From NCBI GenBank assembly GCA_964016885.1, contig OZ024762.1:22072001-22136000 (forward strand): a stretch of 64,000 bases of DNA. The letters run 5' to 3'. Every line of letters begins with the position of its first letter. Within the stretch, counting starts at the first letter, position 1. Below the pieces are notes generated by a model. It saw only the letters and a list, made by a program, of their open reading frames with translations. It searched no databases and was not told the DNA's origin. Shown piece after piece: positions 38,877 through 54,649 of the stretch. Made by a program: the position numbers and the translations under genes. The DNA is from Eledone cirrhosa (Eukaryota).

Positions 38877-40121
38877 ATGTATGTGTATATGTATTTAATG
38901 TATATATATATATGTATTTAATGTATATATATATATAATGTATATATATATGTGTGCGTGTGTGTGTGTGTATTTATATACATACATCTTGTATAAAGAA
39001 CGCACACTTCAGTTTTTTCTCCATACTCAATCTTAAGAAACACACATATTTGTATATAAATGTATGTATACACATACTTATGCGTATATATGTCCATACA
39101 TACATACTAACATACATACAGGCATACAATCTTACATACACACATACAATGCATTTATACATTCATGCATGCATACAATTATATATACATTCATACATGC
39201 ATGCATATATACATACACGCGTATGCATACGTACATACATACATGCATACATACGTGCATATATATATATATATACATACACGCATATGCATATATATAC
39301 ACATACATACATGCATACATATATACATACATTCATACAAATTAACGCACATACATACATACAAGCAAACATATACATATATACATACATTCCTGAAAAC
39401 TAATGTACATACATACATACATACATATATACATACATATATACATACGTACTAACATACATTTACGTACATTCCTGCAAACTAACGTACATGCATGCAG
39501 ACATATATACATACAAACATATATACTTACATACATACATATTTACATAGGTGTATGTCAGTTTTTACTCACACACATACACCCACACACACACATACAC
39601 ACACCCACACACATTCAGACACACACACTCACACACACTCACACACATTCACACACACACACTCACACACACTCACACACATTCACACACACACACATTC
39701 ACACACACACACTCACACACACTCACACACATTCACACACACACACATTCACATACACTCACGCACATTCACACACACACACATTGACAAACACACACAC
39801 TCACACACACTCACACACATTCACACACACACACTCACACACACACACTCACATTCACACACTCACACATTCACACACTCACACATTCACACACACACAC
39901 TCACACACACTCACTCACACACACACACACACTCACATTCACACACTCACACACATTCACACACCCACACTCACACACACTCACGCACATTCACACACAC
40001 ACACATTGACAAACACACACACTCACACACACTCACACACATACACACACACACACTCACATTCACACACTCACACATTCACACACACTCACTCACACAC
40101 ATTCACACACACACACACATT

Positions 40122-40153
<32 letters not shown>

Positions 40154-40880
40154 CGTACAGTATATAATATCTTGGCTTTCCTTTAGTCTGTTCGGCTCTA
40201 GAATAGTTAACTAGAAAGAAACAATATAAATTAAGAAATACATCTAAAAAATATACTGTAGTATGTTGGCATATGAGACAATATATGGCTTGGTGAACGG
40301 TTGTAAGGCAACATGTGTGAAAAACATGTCAGCCTGGTTTACACTCACTTGCTGCTAGCAATAATGGAAAGAGACAGTTTTGATTACCTCCCCTATATAT
40401 CAAGGAACTTTTTCAATTGATTTGTACACGTGTTCATATCCTGGAACAAACTACATGTATAGCATACACAAATATATAGACATGGTATATTTGTATATAT
40501 ATATATATTTGTATATATTTAGTATATATATATATATATATTTGTATGTATGTGTGTATATATATATATATTTGTATGTATGTGTGTATATATATATTTT
40601 TGTATGTATGTGTGTGTGTATATATATATAAATATATATATTGTATGTATGTATGTATATATACATATTTGTATGTATGTATATATATATATATATATAT
40701 ACATATATATATACACATATATATATATATACATTTTTGTATGTATATATACATACATATTTTTTTGTATGTATGTATGCATATATATTTGTATGTATGT
40801 ATAATTCCATGTACTTGTGGATACAACGATATATAAATATTCGTTTATTGTTATATATACTGATACATACATATCTCTGC

Positions 40881-40911
<31 letters not shown>

Positions 40912-41454
40912 ATCTGTATATATATATATATAATCTGTATATATATATATATATTTATATATAAATATATATAATCTGTATATATATATACACATGCACA
41001 TGAATAACTTTATCTATACACCCACTGACATGTACATCTGAGACTGTGTGTGTGAGTGTGTATAATACTTCTTAGTGAGTGTGTATATTGACACGCTAAA
41101 ATGGCTGTCCATCTATGAGATGAAGTTATATATAATAATAACAAATAAATATATAACTTAGCTACACTTCCCTCTAATATATTTTCTCCCCTAAGACCTT
41201 AAATTTTATACAGTTTACCGTATCATCTATCTAAGTTTTACTTCTGCTATGATAGCTCCTCTATCAACCAGCCAACATCATAAAGGTTTTGATATATAGC
41301 GAAAAAGTATTACACTGAAACTTATATCTGTTATACCACGAAGTTTATAACGCTGATAGAAGAACCCTTCACTCTTATTGGAGTTTTAGGGGCGCCATTT
41401 TGACACACGGCGGTCTGTTTTGTAGATTTAACCTTTTTGATATCAAACCGCACA

Positions 41455-41700
41455 AAACCTCTGTTTCTGTAAAACTCAAACACACCCATTTTAAAGGAAC
41501 CCTACTTAAATTAAAACCTAACATTTTGACAACCTGTTTCAGTAAAACTTAAACGCCCCCATTTTAAAGGAACTTTACTTAAATTAAAACCTTCTAAACT
41601 TTAGACATCAAACTGCCCTAAATATCTGTTTCTATAAAACTTAAACACACCCATTTTAAAGGAACTCTACTTAAATTAAAACCTTCCAGCATTTAACTTT
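41455..41700. repeat. Three diverged tandem copies; block 41652-41785 duplicated at 42475-42615
   Basis: aaaacttaaacacacccattttaaaggaactctacttaaattaaaacct. Confidence 0.7.
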
Positions 41701-42129
41701 GATAGGTTTCGGCCAGTATTGGCCCAGGCCATGTCTAACTTAATGGTACTGCCTTGCTTTTTGTTACAAATATCATCTTCATGAAATTATAATTTTAGTA
41801 AAACCCTGCCCAAACTCTTAATTTATTCATTAAAATACAAACTACTATATTAGAAATACGGCTAAACCTGGCAGAGCCCATTCCTCTCCAGATCGGAACA
41901 AAGCTGATTTCTAGAGAAGGCTAGCAAGTGAAAGAGGAGAAGTGAGAAAGATCATAGATTTATTCACATAGAGAGAGAGAATCGACCCCAGTATTTAACT
42001 GGTACTGTATTTATCGACTTTGAAAGGCTAAAATCTAATCTAATCTATTCTGGCCGAGTTTACACTCACAAATAAGAAAAGCCAGTGCTACCCCTAGTAG
42101 GAGCATTAGATTTGGTGTACTTCATATTT

Positions 42130-42475
42130 GTTTCGGTTCCTGAATACAATCAGGGGTCGCTGCTTCTCCTGAAGGTCAATAGTTCTCTTCTAACTCGAGC
42201 GAGAACGCCTTTCCATTGTCAATTTGCATTGATCATCTGCAAAGCCGCATTGTTCTCAGAACCACTACACCAGTCTTTTGATGTGTGCAGCTGGAACTAC
42301 TGCCTCCCATTGATTTGGCAGGATCGCAACTCATTTCTTCAGCTGAGTAAACTGTAGCAACGTGAAATAAAGTGTCTTGCTCAAGGACACAACACATCAA
42401 CCGGTCCGAGAATCGAACACACAACATTTCGATTGCAAGCCCAATGCTCTAACTACTAAGAAGCTATGCACCTTC
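42130..42475 (-). mobile_element. tRNA-derived SINE
   Basis: gtgaaataaagtgtcttgctcaaggacacaac..gaatcgaac. Confidence 0.65.
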
Positions 42476-43354
42476 ATTTTAAAGGAACTCTACTGAAATT
42501 AAAACCTTCCAGCATTTAACTTTGATAACTTTGATAGGTTTTCGGCCAGTATTAGCCAAGGTCATGCCTAACTTAATAGTACCACCTGGCTTTTAGTTAC
42601 AAATACCATCTTCATGGCTGAAAGGCTAAGTTAGTTTCGGCGGAATTCGAGCTCAGGCTTGAGAGAATCAGAAGGAGAAACGTAATGCATTCTAACCCAC
42701 GTTCTGTCCATATTTGCCACATAATTTAATACTCTCCAGCCACCTATAAACAACAAAACATTGACTGCAATTTGTCAATTGATGTTTCAATGTAATATAT
42801 GGCTTCTTTATGGTTCCAATATGTCTGACCGTTTTCCAAATGCGTTTTTTACTATTATTATTATTATTATTACTAAATAAAGAAATAATAATAATTATTG
42901 TTATTATTATATTTTTCTTCGTTAAAGCAACCAAGCATATTCCTTTTGAAATCTGAAACCAAAAATACTTAAACAATAGAAAGAAAAGAAGGATTGTGTA
43001 TGAACGTGTTTTTGTTTGTTATTTTTTTCTTTAGTAGTTGCTGATCATTGTGTGTGTATATATGTATATGTATATATATAATGCGTGTGTGTGTGTGTGT
43101 GCTTGTCTTTCAGGGAGTAATTTGTAGGAGAGGCTATGGGTACCAGCATATAGGTGGTTTTAGTGTATATATTTTCTGATTATATATATATATGATGTAT
43201 GTATATGTATGTATATATATGTTTGTACGTATATATATATGGCTGTGTTAGTGAGTAATCGCTTTAGTTAAGACAATGTCTGAGCTAGTGTTACTAGAAT
43301 CACAGAGGTATTTAGACCAATGAATAGAAGCTATTCAATTTCATCTGTATTTTC

Positions 43355-43555
43355 ATCCGCCAATCAATTACCTTAAATGTTATGAAAGCTCTTCGATTGG
43401 TTGAGGTCGCTCTACAACTACTTTATCAATTCTTTCTCTTTGCTTGTCAGCAAAGATCATGACCTACCGGAAGTGTACTTCGGCCATCTTTTACAGGATA
43501 TTAAAATGAATGCTTTTTATAAAGATCGGCTGTATGAATGTGTGCGCGCAGCTTC
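43355..43555. promoter_or_regulatory. Candidate promoter/enhancer motif cluster
   Basis: CCAAT (43360), ATTGG (43396), ETS accggaagtg (43466), YY1-like cggccatctt (43481), NRF1-like tgcgcgca (43543). Motifs only. Confidence 0.3.
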
Positions 43556-44170
43556 ATGTATCTTCGTATGAGTAATTGTGCGTGTGTGTACGTGTGTGTA
43601 CGTGTATGTGTGTGTATGTGTGTGTGAATGTATATGTGTGTGAATAAATGTAACAACTGGTTAGTTAGTTATTCTGCTGGGTAGAGGGTGGCGAGGAGGA
43701 CCAAGACGACAATGATTTGTAAGAAAACAGTGCAGAAAATGGCGGATGTCTTGTCTGTGGTGGTGTAATTAGCACAGAGTGCGGGTTACAGAAGAAATTA
43801 TTCATGTCTTGCTCTGTCTTTCCACCCCGCCAACCTCAACTCCGCTCCCTCCAGACTCCTCACTTAACATCACATAAATATAATTATTACGAAGATTGAA
43901 TAAAGCACCGGAACTAAGTGGTAAACCTCTGATGGCTCTCCATGGCCATAACATTGAAACCCCCCCCCCACACACACACACACACAAACACACGTGGGGA
44001 CACACACACATATATATATATGGCGTAGCCATGATAGTGTGGCTATGAATTTCATATTCTTGTGTCCACTTCTAATACGCAGCAACTTTGGCAAATGTCT
44101 AGGATCTCGGATTGGGGAAATACCTTATGACTGAGATTTGGTAGATTGAAAACAGTTCAGAAGTCCGTCG

Positions 44171-44258
<88 letters not shown>

Positions 44259-44261
44259 TTT

Positions 44262-44790
44262 GTCAGGTTGCTCTTCAGCGCCATTGGTAACATGTAATCC
44301 AGTACACCTTGTACATGGTCGGGTCGTCGGCGATTAAACCGGCTACCCTACCAAGCTTGCTTGGCGAGGATGGTGATTTTTGACACCCTGCAGGATGTAA
44401 AACAAAAGTCGAATAACCTCAAGAGAGTCAACAGCCCTCCGATAAAGTTTTTTTTTTGTTTGTGGAGCGCGGGACTCCTAGTTTTCATTAACAGGAGAAC
44501 TTTACTCTGATCTAAAACCTGCGATTTCGTTTGCATCCAATGATGTAGACCAGTTCTTCTTTTTGAGTTTATGCGTTTGATGTTCAGAGAGTGGGATTGG
44601 CCCCGTGCAAAGCCTTTCCTCTCTTAAAACCGCTTCAAGCACAGTCATCGCTTGACATGTGGCATTTTTTTGCGATGCATGGCATTGCTGGCCACAGGCA
44701 AGTCCCTAGCTGGACTAAAAAGCCACCTCCATGGTGTTTATGCTTAAGTGTCAAGCGATGGCATTACTGGAAATCGAATTGCAGCCACCA
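44262..44790 (+). mobile_element. RTE-derived non-autonomous element, apparently full length, with (TGTA)n tail
   Basis: Starts gtcaggtt..., contains catggtcgggtcg..cgattaaaccggc, ends gcagccacca followed by (tgta)n. Confidence 0.6.
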
Positions 44791-45117
44791 TGTATGTTTG
44801 TATGTTTGTATGTATGTATGTATGTATGTATGTATGTTTGTATGTATGTATGTATGTACGTATGTTTGTATGTACCTTTGTATGTACGTTTGTATGTATG
44901 TTTGTATGTATGTATGTTTGTATGTATGTACGTTTGTATGTATGTTTGTATGTATGTTTGTATGTATGTATGTATGTATGCATAATTTAGGTGAAAACCC
45001 AAAGATAACACTTCATTTTATTAATTTCTACGTCCGTTTCAATTTTAACGAAAAACAATCGCAAAATATATTGATTTGCAGATTAATCAATTAATCAATC
45101 AAATCAATAAACAATTG

Positions 45118-45169
<52 letters not shown>

Positions 45170-45186
45170 GGGGGGGGGGTATGTAG

Positions 45187-45220
<34 letters not shown>

Positions 45221-45530
45221 ACGTCTATAAATATGCATGTATCTACGTATGTATCTACGTACATATATATATATATACTGTATATAAAAAAAGTTTCTTG
45301 CATCTGTTGGTAAAAAATATAATGCAAATTACAATATAGCATTAAAATTGGGATGGAATAGAATGGATCTCCGTTGATTTTGACGATGAACGTTCCTGTT
45401 CGATCAGCGGAATAGCCTGGCTACGAAATAAACGTGAAAGTGTCTGAGCATTCCATAGATATGTGTACCTTTAACTTAATTCTTATCTCAACAGCATTAA
45501 AATTAATGGCATTTTAATGACTCTTAACAA

Positions 45531-45755
45531 GGTGGGGGCTTGGATTGTCAGAATCCGTAGAGCATCGGACAAAAAGGCTTTGTGGCATATACTTACACTT
45601 TTCTATGTTCTGATTTCAAACCACTCAGTGGTCAACTTTGTTTCTCGTCCCATAGAATCGATGAAAAAAAATAGCCCCAGTTATGTACTGGGGTAGATAT
45701 AATCGACTTTCTCCTCTTCCGAAATTGCTGGCCTTGTGCCCATGTTAGCAATCAT
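45531..45755 (+). mobile_element. Diverged Nin-domain SINE
   Basis: ttctgatttcaaacc..gtcaactttg..aattgctggccttgtgcc. Confidence 0.55.
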
Positions 45756-46667
45756 TAATATCGTCTGTTATTGCTGAATTTCGTGTTAATTGGCCTCTAA
45801 ACGGAAATATTACGAACAAATGGCGGTTGTAGATTGTCTCCTTTGTATTATAAGGGATATGGGAAGAACAACGCCTTGAATGAGACAGAGGGCCCTTATT
45901 AAGTGAAGAATTTCAATGTCACAATTTGCTATTCTGAAACGAATTATTGGCTTCCGGTTGTATCGTAAAGAAACCGGAAGTTCACGTTGACCAGATGAAT
46001 GTTGGCCACGACAAGAATTAAATCTTTAACTTACAACACCAATAGAAATAGAAACGGTGACGGGGCGCGACGGGATAGGGTAGAGTAGTATTTGGGGGTA
46101 ATAACAACTCATAGAAAAAATAGCGACCTTGCTAATACCGAAAACAACAGCAGTAGTAACACTATGAGTAACAACAAACAGCAATGGCTGTTTCATGAGC
46201 CGCGGTTGTACTAGTGACAGCAGTGATGACGTAATAACAACAGTAGCGTTCGGTATTATAGTCTATGGGCTGTGAAAATTGAAGAAAAACTTTATAATGT
46301 CTAATTCCTTATGAACACCTTTGTTCATAGGTCCACGTTTGATATTATAGTAACGTCTCCCTCCCTCCCCACCACCACCACCACCGCCCCCCACCCCACC
46401 ATACAATATGTCCGAAGAAATTAACTAAACAAGATAAATGATGTTGAAAATAAATAAAAGGAAAGATAGAAGACGTGCGCATGTGCGGATATGTGTGTCT
46501 TTATATATATATAATATATATATATGTATGTATGTGTGGGTGAGAGACAGAGAGTGTGTGTGTATGGGTAAAGCTATGTAAGTATATGTATATATATATA
46601 TATATTGATATATGTATATATACATACTTATATATGTGTGCGTGTGTATATGGGTATAGCTATGTAA

Positions 46668-46704
<37 letters not shown>

Positions 46705-46828
46705 GAGAGAGAGAGAGAGAGCGAGATGTAAGTATATGTATATATATATATATACATATATTGATATATGTGTACACGCACACAAACACACACACATATA
46801 TATAGATATATGTCTACACGCACGCGTG

Positions 46829-46859
<31 letters not shown>

Positions 46860-47010
46860 GCACGAACGTATGTATATGTGTACTATGACTGTTTCCATAT
46901 TAAAACCTCCACTCCATTACTTTGCGTTCCATATTCCTTCCTCGTTTTATTTCATACAACAACAAAAAGAAGAAAAAAACTTCCTTCATCTTCATTTAAT
47001 CTGTCGTTAA

Positions 47011-47028
47011 TGACGCCCTCTAGCGGCT
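47011..47028 (-). promoter_or_regulatory. Candidate CTCF site
   Basis: On -: agccgctagagggcgtca, a close match to the CTCF core in AT-rich surroundings. Confidence 0.35.
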
Positions 47029-48689
47029 TATGTTATCATTATTATTAGTAGTATTATTCAATAAAGATAATCAATGAGTTAAGAGTCGAAGTTGGAGTTT
47101 CTGTGAAAGAGTTCAGTTTGTAACCCTGTGAATCTCAAGTTCAAATGCAATATGAAGCAGTAGGGAAAATGGCGGTTCGTGCTTTTTAATGTATCTTTCG
47201 TTATTGTTTATCTATTATTAATATTTTTTCTTCCTTCTCTTTCTCTCTCTCTCTTTTCTTTCTCCTTTTCACGTTTCTTCCTTTTCTTCATCTATTCATG
47301 CGATTTATATATTTTTGGGGAGGTTTTTATTTCTTTATTTTTATATTATTATATTTACTTTTTGTTTTTTCCGTCTTTCTTCTTTCAAAGTTTCCTTCTG
47401 TTTTCTTTTTTTTTTTTTTCCTTTTTTTTTTACTCTTTCCGATTATTTTTCTATATAATATTCTTCTTCTACTTCTTTTTTCACTTCTTCTTCTCAATTT
47501 ATCTTTCCCGCTTTTTTTTTTCTTCATTATTCTTATAATTACTGTTGCTATTTGAAAAAGAAAATATTATTACTTTTCTTACTGCTACCATCATCATCAT
47601 CACCGTCGTTTTTGTTGCTGTTGCTGTTGTTGTTCTTCTTCTTCTCTTTCTTCTTCTTCTTCTTCTTCTTCTCATACTCATTATTGCTGTTGTTACTATA
47701 AGTACTATCATTATCATCATGATTATTATTATTACTATAACAATAACAATAACAATAATGATAATAATAATAATAATAATAATAATATCGTTCTACCAAC
47801 GCGAAGATTGTTATCTTTCTTGTTATCGTTATCGATATTGTGTTATTGTGTATTAGAGAAGCGAGAGTCGGCCATAAATCAAAACGGTTTTCTTTATTAG
47901 ACAAGAGGCAGAAGACTGTATGTTACTTCACAAGTGGACTGTAACGTGATGATGCGGTGTGGCTGGCATTATAAAGCTTTATACAGTAGTAACTTCTACT
48001 TCATTGATAGTACTGTAGCTAGGAAGGAAACTGACGGAGGAGATGATGTTATTAAGAATGGTGAGTGGGTCTGGATGGAAGGCAGGCTGACTGGATGGAT
48101 GGATGGATGGATGCTGTACTGGATGGATGCTGTACTGGATGGCAAAATGGTTGGCTGGCTGGCTGGTTTGATGGAAGGCAGGCTGACTGGATGGATGGAT
48201 GGATGGATGCTGTACTGGATAGCAAAATGGTTGGCTGGCTGGCTGGCTGGTTTGATGGAAGGCGGGCTGACTGTATGGATGGATGGATGGATGGATGGAT
48301 GCTGTACTGGATGGCAAAATGGTTGGCTGGCAGGATTGATGGATGGCAGGCTGGTTGGCTTGATTGTGGTCTAGATGGATGGATGGCTTAATGGAGGGCT
48401 TGATGGCTGGATGCTGGGCTAGAGAGATGGATGGATGGACGGCAGGATAGATGAATGGAGAGCAGACTGCCTGGATGGCTGGATAGATGCTGGGCTAGGT
48501 AGCAAGATGGCTGGATGGTCAGCAAGAGGGATACATGGTTAACTGGCTGTCTTGACGACAGGGTGGTTGGTTGGTTGGTTGGTTGGTTGGTTGGTTGGAT
48601 GGAGGAATGGCTGAGCATTCTACAGACACAGGTATCCTTTATGTAGTTCTCAGGGAGAGTCAACGTGACACTTTGAAATACAGGTACAA

Positions 48690-49140
48690 CTCAGTTTTGG
48701 CCAGCTGGTTTGAGTGGAGCAATGTGAAGATAAAGTATTTCACTGAGCCAAGCCATCAGAGATCGAACACTTGATCTATCGAACACTCGGTCTATCGAAC
48801 TCCTGAGTCACGCCATCAGGAATCGAACACTTGATCTATCGAACACTCGGTCTATCGAATCCCTGAGTCATGCCAACAGGAATCGAACTCTTGATCTATC
48901 GAGCACTTGGTTTATCGAACCCCTGAGCCAAGCTGTCAGGAATCGAACACTCGGTCTATCAAAAGACTGAGTCACGCCACCTGGAATCGAACACTTGATC
49001 TATCGAAATAGAGCCATGCCATCAGGAATCGAACACTTTGTCTATCGGATACTTGATCTATCGAACCCCTGAGCCACACGATCGTCTATCGAACGCCTTG
49101 ATCCATCGAACACTTGATCTATCGAACCACTGAGCTACGA
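48690..49140 (-). repeat. SINE remnant with tandemly amplified B-box segment
   Basis: ggaatcgaacacttgatctatcgaac units following gtgaagataaagtatttc. Confidence 0.65.
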
Positions 49141-50317
49141 CATCGGCAAATGTTCTTATTTGACCCAACATTCATACAACAACAACAACGACGACGAATA
49201 AAACAAAACATCATTCGTGAGTTCATTTCTGTCACCCTGGGGTGTGGTTGGTCTTAGTTCTTTCTTTAAAATCTTGTAAATCCTCTCCCTCCGCTCCCTA
49301 TTGAATATTATTCTAATTCTCATTCTTCATGTTTGTTCTTGCTCTTATTGTTGTTGTTGTTGTTGTTATTGTTGTTCCATATATTAAAAGACAATGAGAC
49401 ATAATTGTTTGAGACATTCACAGAAAACTTCGTCAACGTTTAATTATTAAAGGAAAGGTGAACTTTAGGGGTCTCGCTTATGTTGTTTTATTTAAGCTTT
49501 AGATTATTCTATTTTATTTTTTCGAATATTTTATCCCAGTCAAGATTGACATTGTAACTAATAAATCGAAGGAAGAAAAAGTAATAGATTGAACAGATGC
49601 GAATCCTAACAGTTTTTTTCTCACTTTTTTTATACTTTTGTTATTATTTTAGGGGTTTCAGTTTTTTTAGGGTTTTTTTTTTCCCTTTGATAAACTAAAA
49701 ACTTAAATGGAACTCCATGCAAAAAAAAAAGCTCATTGTAAAATAATTGCTAGAAAATATATTAACCACCAAAAAAGGTGGGTGGGATTTTTACGGAGGA
49801 GAACTAGACAAGAAACATGAAATAACTACAGAGGAAAACATTGTTAAGAATAATAAAACGGTGGGAGAATATCATAGGTGAAGCGGAAGGGGGTGAAAGT
49901 GAAAGTAGAAAGAGGTGTGTCGGGTGAGAAAAGTATTAATTGTTGTGAGATTGAAGCAATGGAAGGGGAGGTGAGGTAGTGAGAGATATGGAAGGTGGAT
50001 AGGATGACAGTGACAGAGAAGGGGAGTAGAGTGAGAGAGAAGTAAGAAAGGAGTAGGACAAAGAGAGAAGGCGAGGGGTGTGGAGAGAGAAGTAAGAAGA
50101 GTAGGACAGAGAGAAGAGGAAGAACAAGTAGGAGAGAGAGGGAGAGAGAGAGACAGGGAGAGAGAGTAAGAGGCGAAAAAGGGAAATGGACTGAGGAGAG
50201 GAAGATAAGGGAGAGAGAAAAGAAGACGAGTGATCGATAGAGAGAGAGGGGAGGACAGAGAGAGTAGAAACATTTGAAGAGAGACAAAGAGAGAATGAGA
50301 GTTAGTAACATAGGAAT

Positions 50318-50364
<47 letters not shown>

Positions 50365-51596
50365 TAAGAAGTGTAGGAAGAGAAAGAGGAGATAGATATA
50401 CAGTGAGCAGAAGGAAGAACAAGAGCAGTAGTGATGGTGGAGATGGTGATGGCGACGGTGGTGATAATGGTGGAGGTGGTGATGGTGATTGCGACGGTGG
50501 TGATAATGGACGAAGTGGTGATGGTGGAGGGGTGATGGTGGAGGTGGTGATGGCGGCGGTAGTAATGGCGGAGGTGGTGATGGTGGTGGTGGTATTGTTG
50601 GGGGTCGTGATGGTGGAGGTAGTAAGGGTGGAGGTGGTGATGGTGGAACTGGTGAGAGTGGTGGTGGAACTGGTGAGAGTGGTGGTGGAGCTGGTGATGG
50701 TAATGATAGAACTGGTAATGTCGGCGGTGTTTATAGTGGTGGTGATGGTGGTGGTGGTGGTGGTGGTAGTATTATTGATGGTGATGGCGGTGGGGTGATG
50801 TTGGAGGTATTAATGGTGATGGTGGTGTTGGCGATGTCGGCGTTGATAGTCGTGTGTGTGTATGTGAGTGTGTGGTGATAGTGGTGGTGTGTATCTGAGT
50901 TTGTGTGTGTATGTGGAACCATATCTCTTTACATGTTTGATTTGCCATCTTTACATTTATCACTATTGTTTAATTTATCTGCCATTTTGAAAAATTTATA
51001 AATTGCTGTTTTGCCGTCTTATCATATGTCTCTCGTTGTAAAGTAATAGTTCCACCTCTGCTCCGCTCTGGCGCTCAACTAATTGTATCTCAATATAGCT
51101 ATATGTATGTGTGTGTGGTGTATGGTGTGTGTATATGTGTGTGGTGTATGTGTGTGTGGAGTGTATGGTGTGTGTGTGGTGTGTGTTTGTGTGTATATAT
51201 ATATAAACACATGTATATATATATATATATAAACATATATATATGAATATATATGTATATCTCTATATATCCCTATATATCTATCTACATATATATATAT
51301 GTGTGTGTGTGAGTTTGTGCGTGTGTGTGTATATAAATATATGTACATAAATATATGTATATATATATGTATAGGTATATAAATATATGTATATGCATAT
51401 AAATATATGTATATGTATACATATATATATATGTATATATATAAATACATATATATATATAGAGGCACATCATATATATATATATATATGTATGTATATA
51501 TATAAATACATATATATATATGTGTGTGTATATGTATACATATATATATATGTATATATATAAATACATATATATATATAGAGTAGAGGCACATCA

Positions 51597-51662
<66 letters not shown>

Positions 51663-51663
51663 C

Positions 51664-51711
<48 letters not shown>

Positions 51712-51719
51712 ATATATAA

Positions 51720-51768
<49 letters not shown>

Positions 51769-51999
51769 TACATCATATATATATATGTGTGTGTGTAAGT
51801 GTACATTGTGGTGTCTGTGTGGGGTTATATTACCTCTACATCTCTGTACGCCACCTCCCCCCCCCCTTCCTTTGCTCCCTTGATATCTTAACAACAACAA
51901 CAAGAGGAAGATGACGAAACAAATTATTAATATCGAATATAAAAAGGAAATTGTTGTTTTCTCTTTGTTAAAAATGGAAGATTAATGGCGGCGGAGAAG

Positions 52000-52450
52000 G
52001 GAGAGTAGGAGGGAGTAGGGGGATGGGTGGAGGGTGGTGAGAGGGAAGGGAGAGTGGGAGGAGATGGGAGAGTGGGAGGATGTGTGGAGGGTGGTGAGTG
52101 GGAAGGGAGAGAAGGGAGAGTAGGAGGATATGTGGGGGGGGGGGGTGAGAAGGAAAGAGAGAGACAAGGAAGAGTAGGAGGATATGTGGGGGATGGTGAG
52201 AGGGAAAGAGAGAGACAAGGGAGAGTAGGAGGATATGTGGGGGATGGGGAGAGGGAAAGAGAGAGACAAGGAAGAGTAGGAGGATATGTGGGGTATGGTG
52301 AGAGGGAAAGAGAGAGACAAGGAAGAGTAGGAGGATGTATGGAGGGTGGTGAGAGGAGAGAGAGAAAATGGAGAGTAGGAGAATGTGTGGGGATGGTAAG
52401 AGGAGAGAGAGAAAGGAGAGTAGGAGGATGTTGGGGATGGTGAGGGAGAG
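52000..52450. repeat. Purine-rich ~51-bp minisatellite
   Basis: gagtaggaggatatgtgggggatggtgagagggaaagagagagacaagg repeated. Confidence 0.85.
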
Positions 52451-52575
52451 AGAGGGGAGAGAAGGAGGATGTGAGAGAGAGAGAGAGAGAGAAGGGTTGT
52501 GCCGAAAAATGAATTGAAAACGGAAATATATGGAACCTTATATTTTTTGTCATCAAACTAATCTTGGTTTATTAA

Positions 52576-52753
52576 ATGTTTCTACTTTTGGCACAATGCC
52601 AGCAATTACTCAGTGTATTACTGGTACTTTATTTTATCGACCCCGTAAGGATGAAAGGCAAAGTTAACCTCGGCGGGATTTGAACTCAGAACGGCAAGGG
52701 CCGTAACTCTATGCGTCAAAACATGGCGTCCGACCCTCTACTGCCAATCCACC
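52576..52753 (-). mobile_element. Nin-domain SINE
   Basis: Matches the 27718-27906 copy. Further fragments at ~42610-42720 and ~54448-54530. Confidence 0.72.
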
Positions 52754-52992
52754 AATCATGGTTTATTAATGGCGGCTGGCAAGATGAAGAATTAGATCTG
52801 AAAGACGGCCTCGGGGTCGCATCAACCATAAATATTTGCTAGGAACTCCTCAATGTTTTGTACACATCTGTCTTTCCTTCCTTCCTTCCTTCCTTCCTTC
52901 CTTTTCTCTCCCTCTCTCATCTCTCTACCACTCACATCCCGCCTCTTTCTCCCTCTTGTCTCTCATCTCTCATCTCGCCTCCCCATCTCTGA

Positions 52993-53023
<31 letters not shown>

Positions 53024-53026
53024 TCT

Positions 53027-53128
<102 letters not shown>

Positions 53129-53224
53129 GCTTGTTAATAGAGGAGTCAATTAAACTGTTTCTCTATTGAAATGCGTACGTTTAAACATTTAAGATGACAT
53201 ATAAAGGGAATGGGAATATATATA

Positions 53225-53275
<51 letters not shown>

Positions 53276-53340
53276 GATTGCTAAATATCATTGATTCCTG
53301 GATATATATATACACAATCACACACACACACAGACATATA

Positions 53341-53401
<61 letters not shown>

Positions 53402-53402
53402 T

Positions 53403-53435
<33 letters not shown>

Positions 53436-53458
53436 GTATGTATGTATATATTTATATA

Positions 53459-53529
<71 letters not shown>

Positions 53530-53720
53530 TTATCTATATATATGTATGTATGTATATATTTATATATATATATATATATGTATATATTTATCTATATATA
53601 TATATAAACCCAAGCTAGCGTGGAAGATAAACGTTAAACGATGATGATGATGATGATGATATACTCAATCACATACACACACAGACTTCTATATATATAC
53701 ACATACATATATATATATAT

Positions 53721-53763
<43 letters not shown>

Positions 53764-53852
53764 CATACATATATGTATATAGTTGAATAACATAGATTCT
53801 TGGATTTGCATATGATAAATATATACAAAGACACAAATGCAGAGAACGATGG

Positions 53853-53909
<57 letters not shown>

Positions 53910-53994
53910 CCTGATTGGAAAGACTTCTTAGATATATAGATATATACTGAGAAAAGGAAAGAGGCTTTTAAATTATAAAACTACAGATTCGCTA

Positions 53995-54039
<45 letters not shown>

Positions 54040-54649
54040 GAAAGACGCGTTCCGAGTTGTCCGACAGACAACCTTTTCCCCACCCCGGAAAAAACCCCAG
54101 TTGATGGATGTGAATCCGAAATATATAGGGACTATTAAATCTCTCCCAAGGTAACTCTCTCTCTCTTGTGTTGTTATTATTATTTTTATTCTTTTACTCT
54201 TCCCTTCATTCTACACATCTCACACATCTTATACATGCCACGCATCTCAATGTACACCCACTTACATATCTCTCTCTCCACCACCGGACCTTGTTACCCG
54301 GAGATTTACCCATTTGCATTGTCGAGGCTTCCAAACGACTTATAAATATTTACTTATTGTTCCACAATGCTTCAAGCAAACTTCAACACTCTCATATATA
54401 TATATATATATATATACTAATTCGTCCTTGTTTTATATATATATATAATTGTTTCTACTTTGGGCACAATGCCAACAAATACGCCAGTGTATTACTGGTA
54501 CTTTATTTTATCGAACCCGTAAGGATGAAAGACATAGCTAGCTCACCTTGTATGTATATATATATATATATATAGGGGTAGAACACTGGAAGGTAATATC
54601 CGTAGTGGTAGAGCACTCAGTCTATGGGACGAGTTAGGTAGAAGTGGTT

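Noticed and set aside
54090-54135. HHR-like ggat-gtga-atcc-GAAA-tata-TA-ggg
   Set aside because: CUGANGA box is not recognisable; at most a decayed relic. Similar weak relics at ~1670-1740 and ~11335-11400 were not called.
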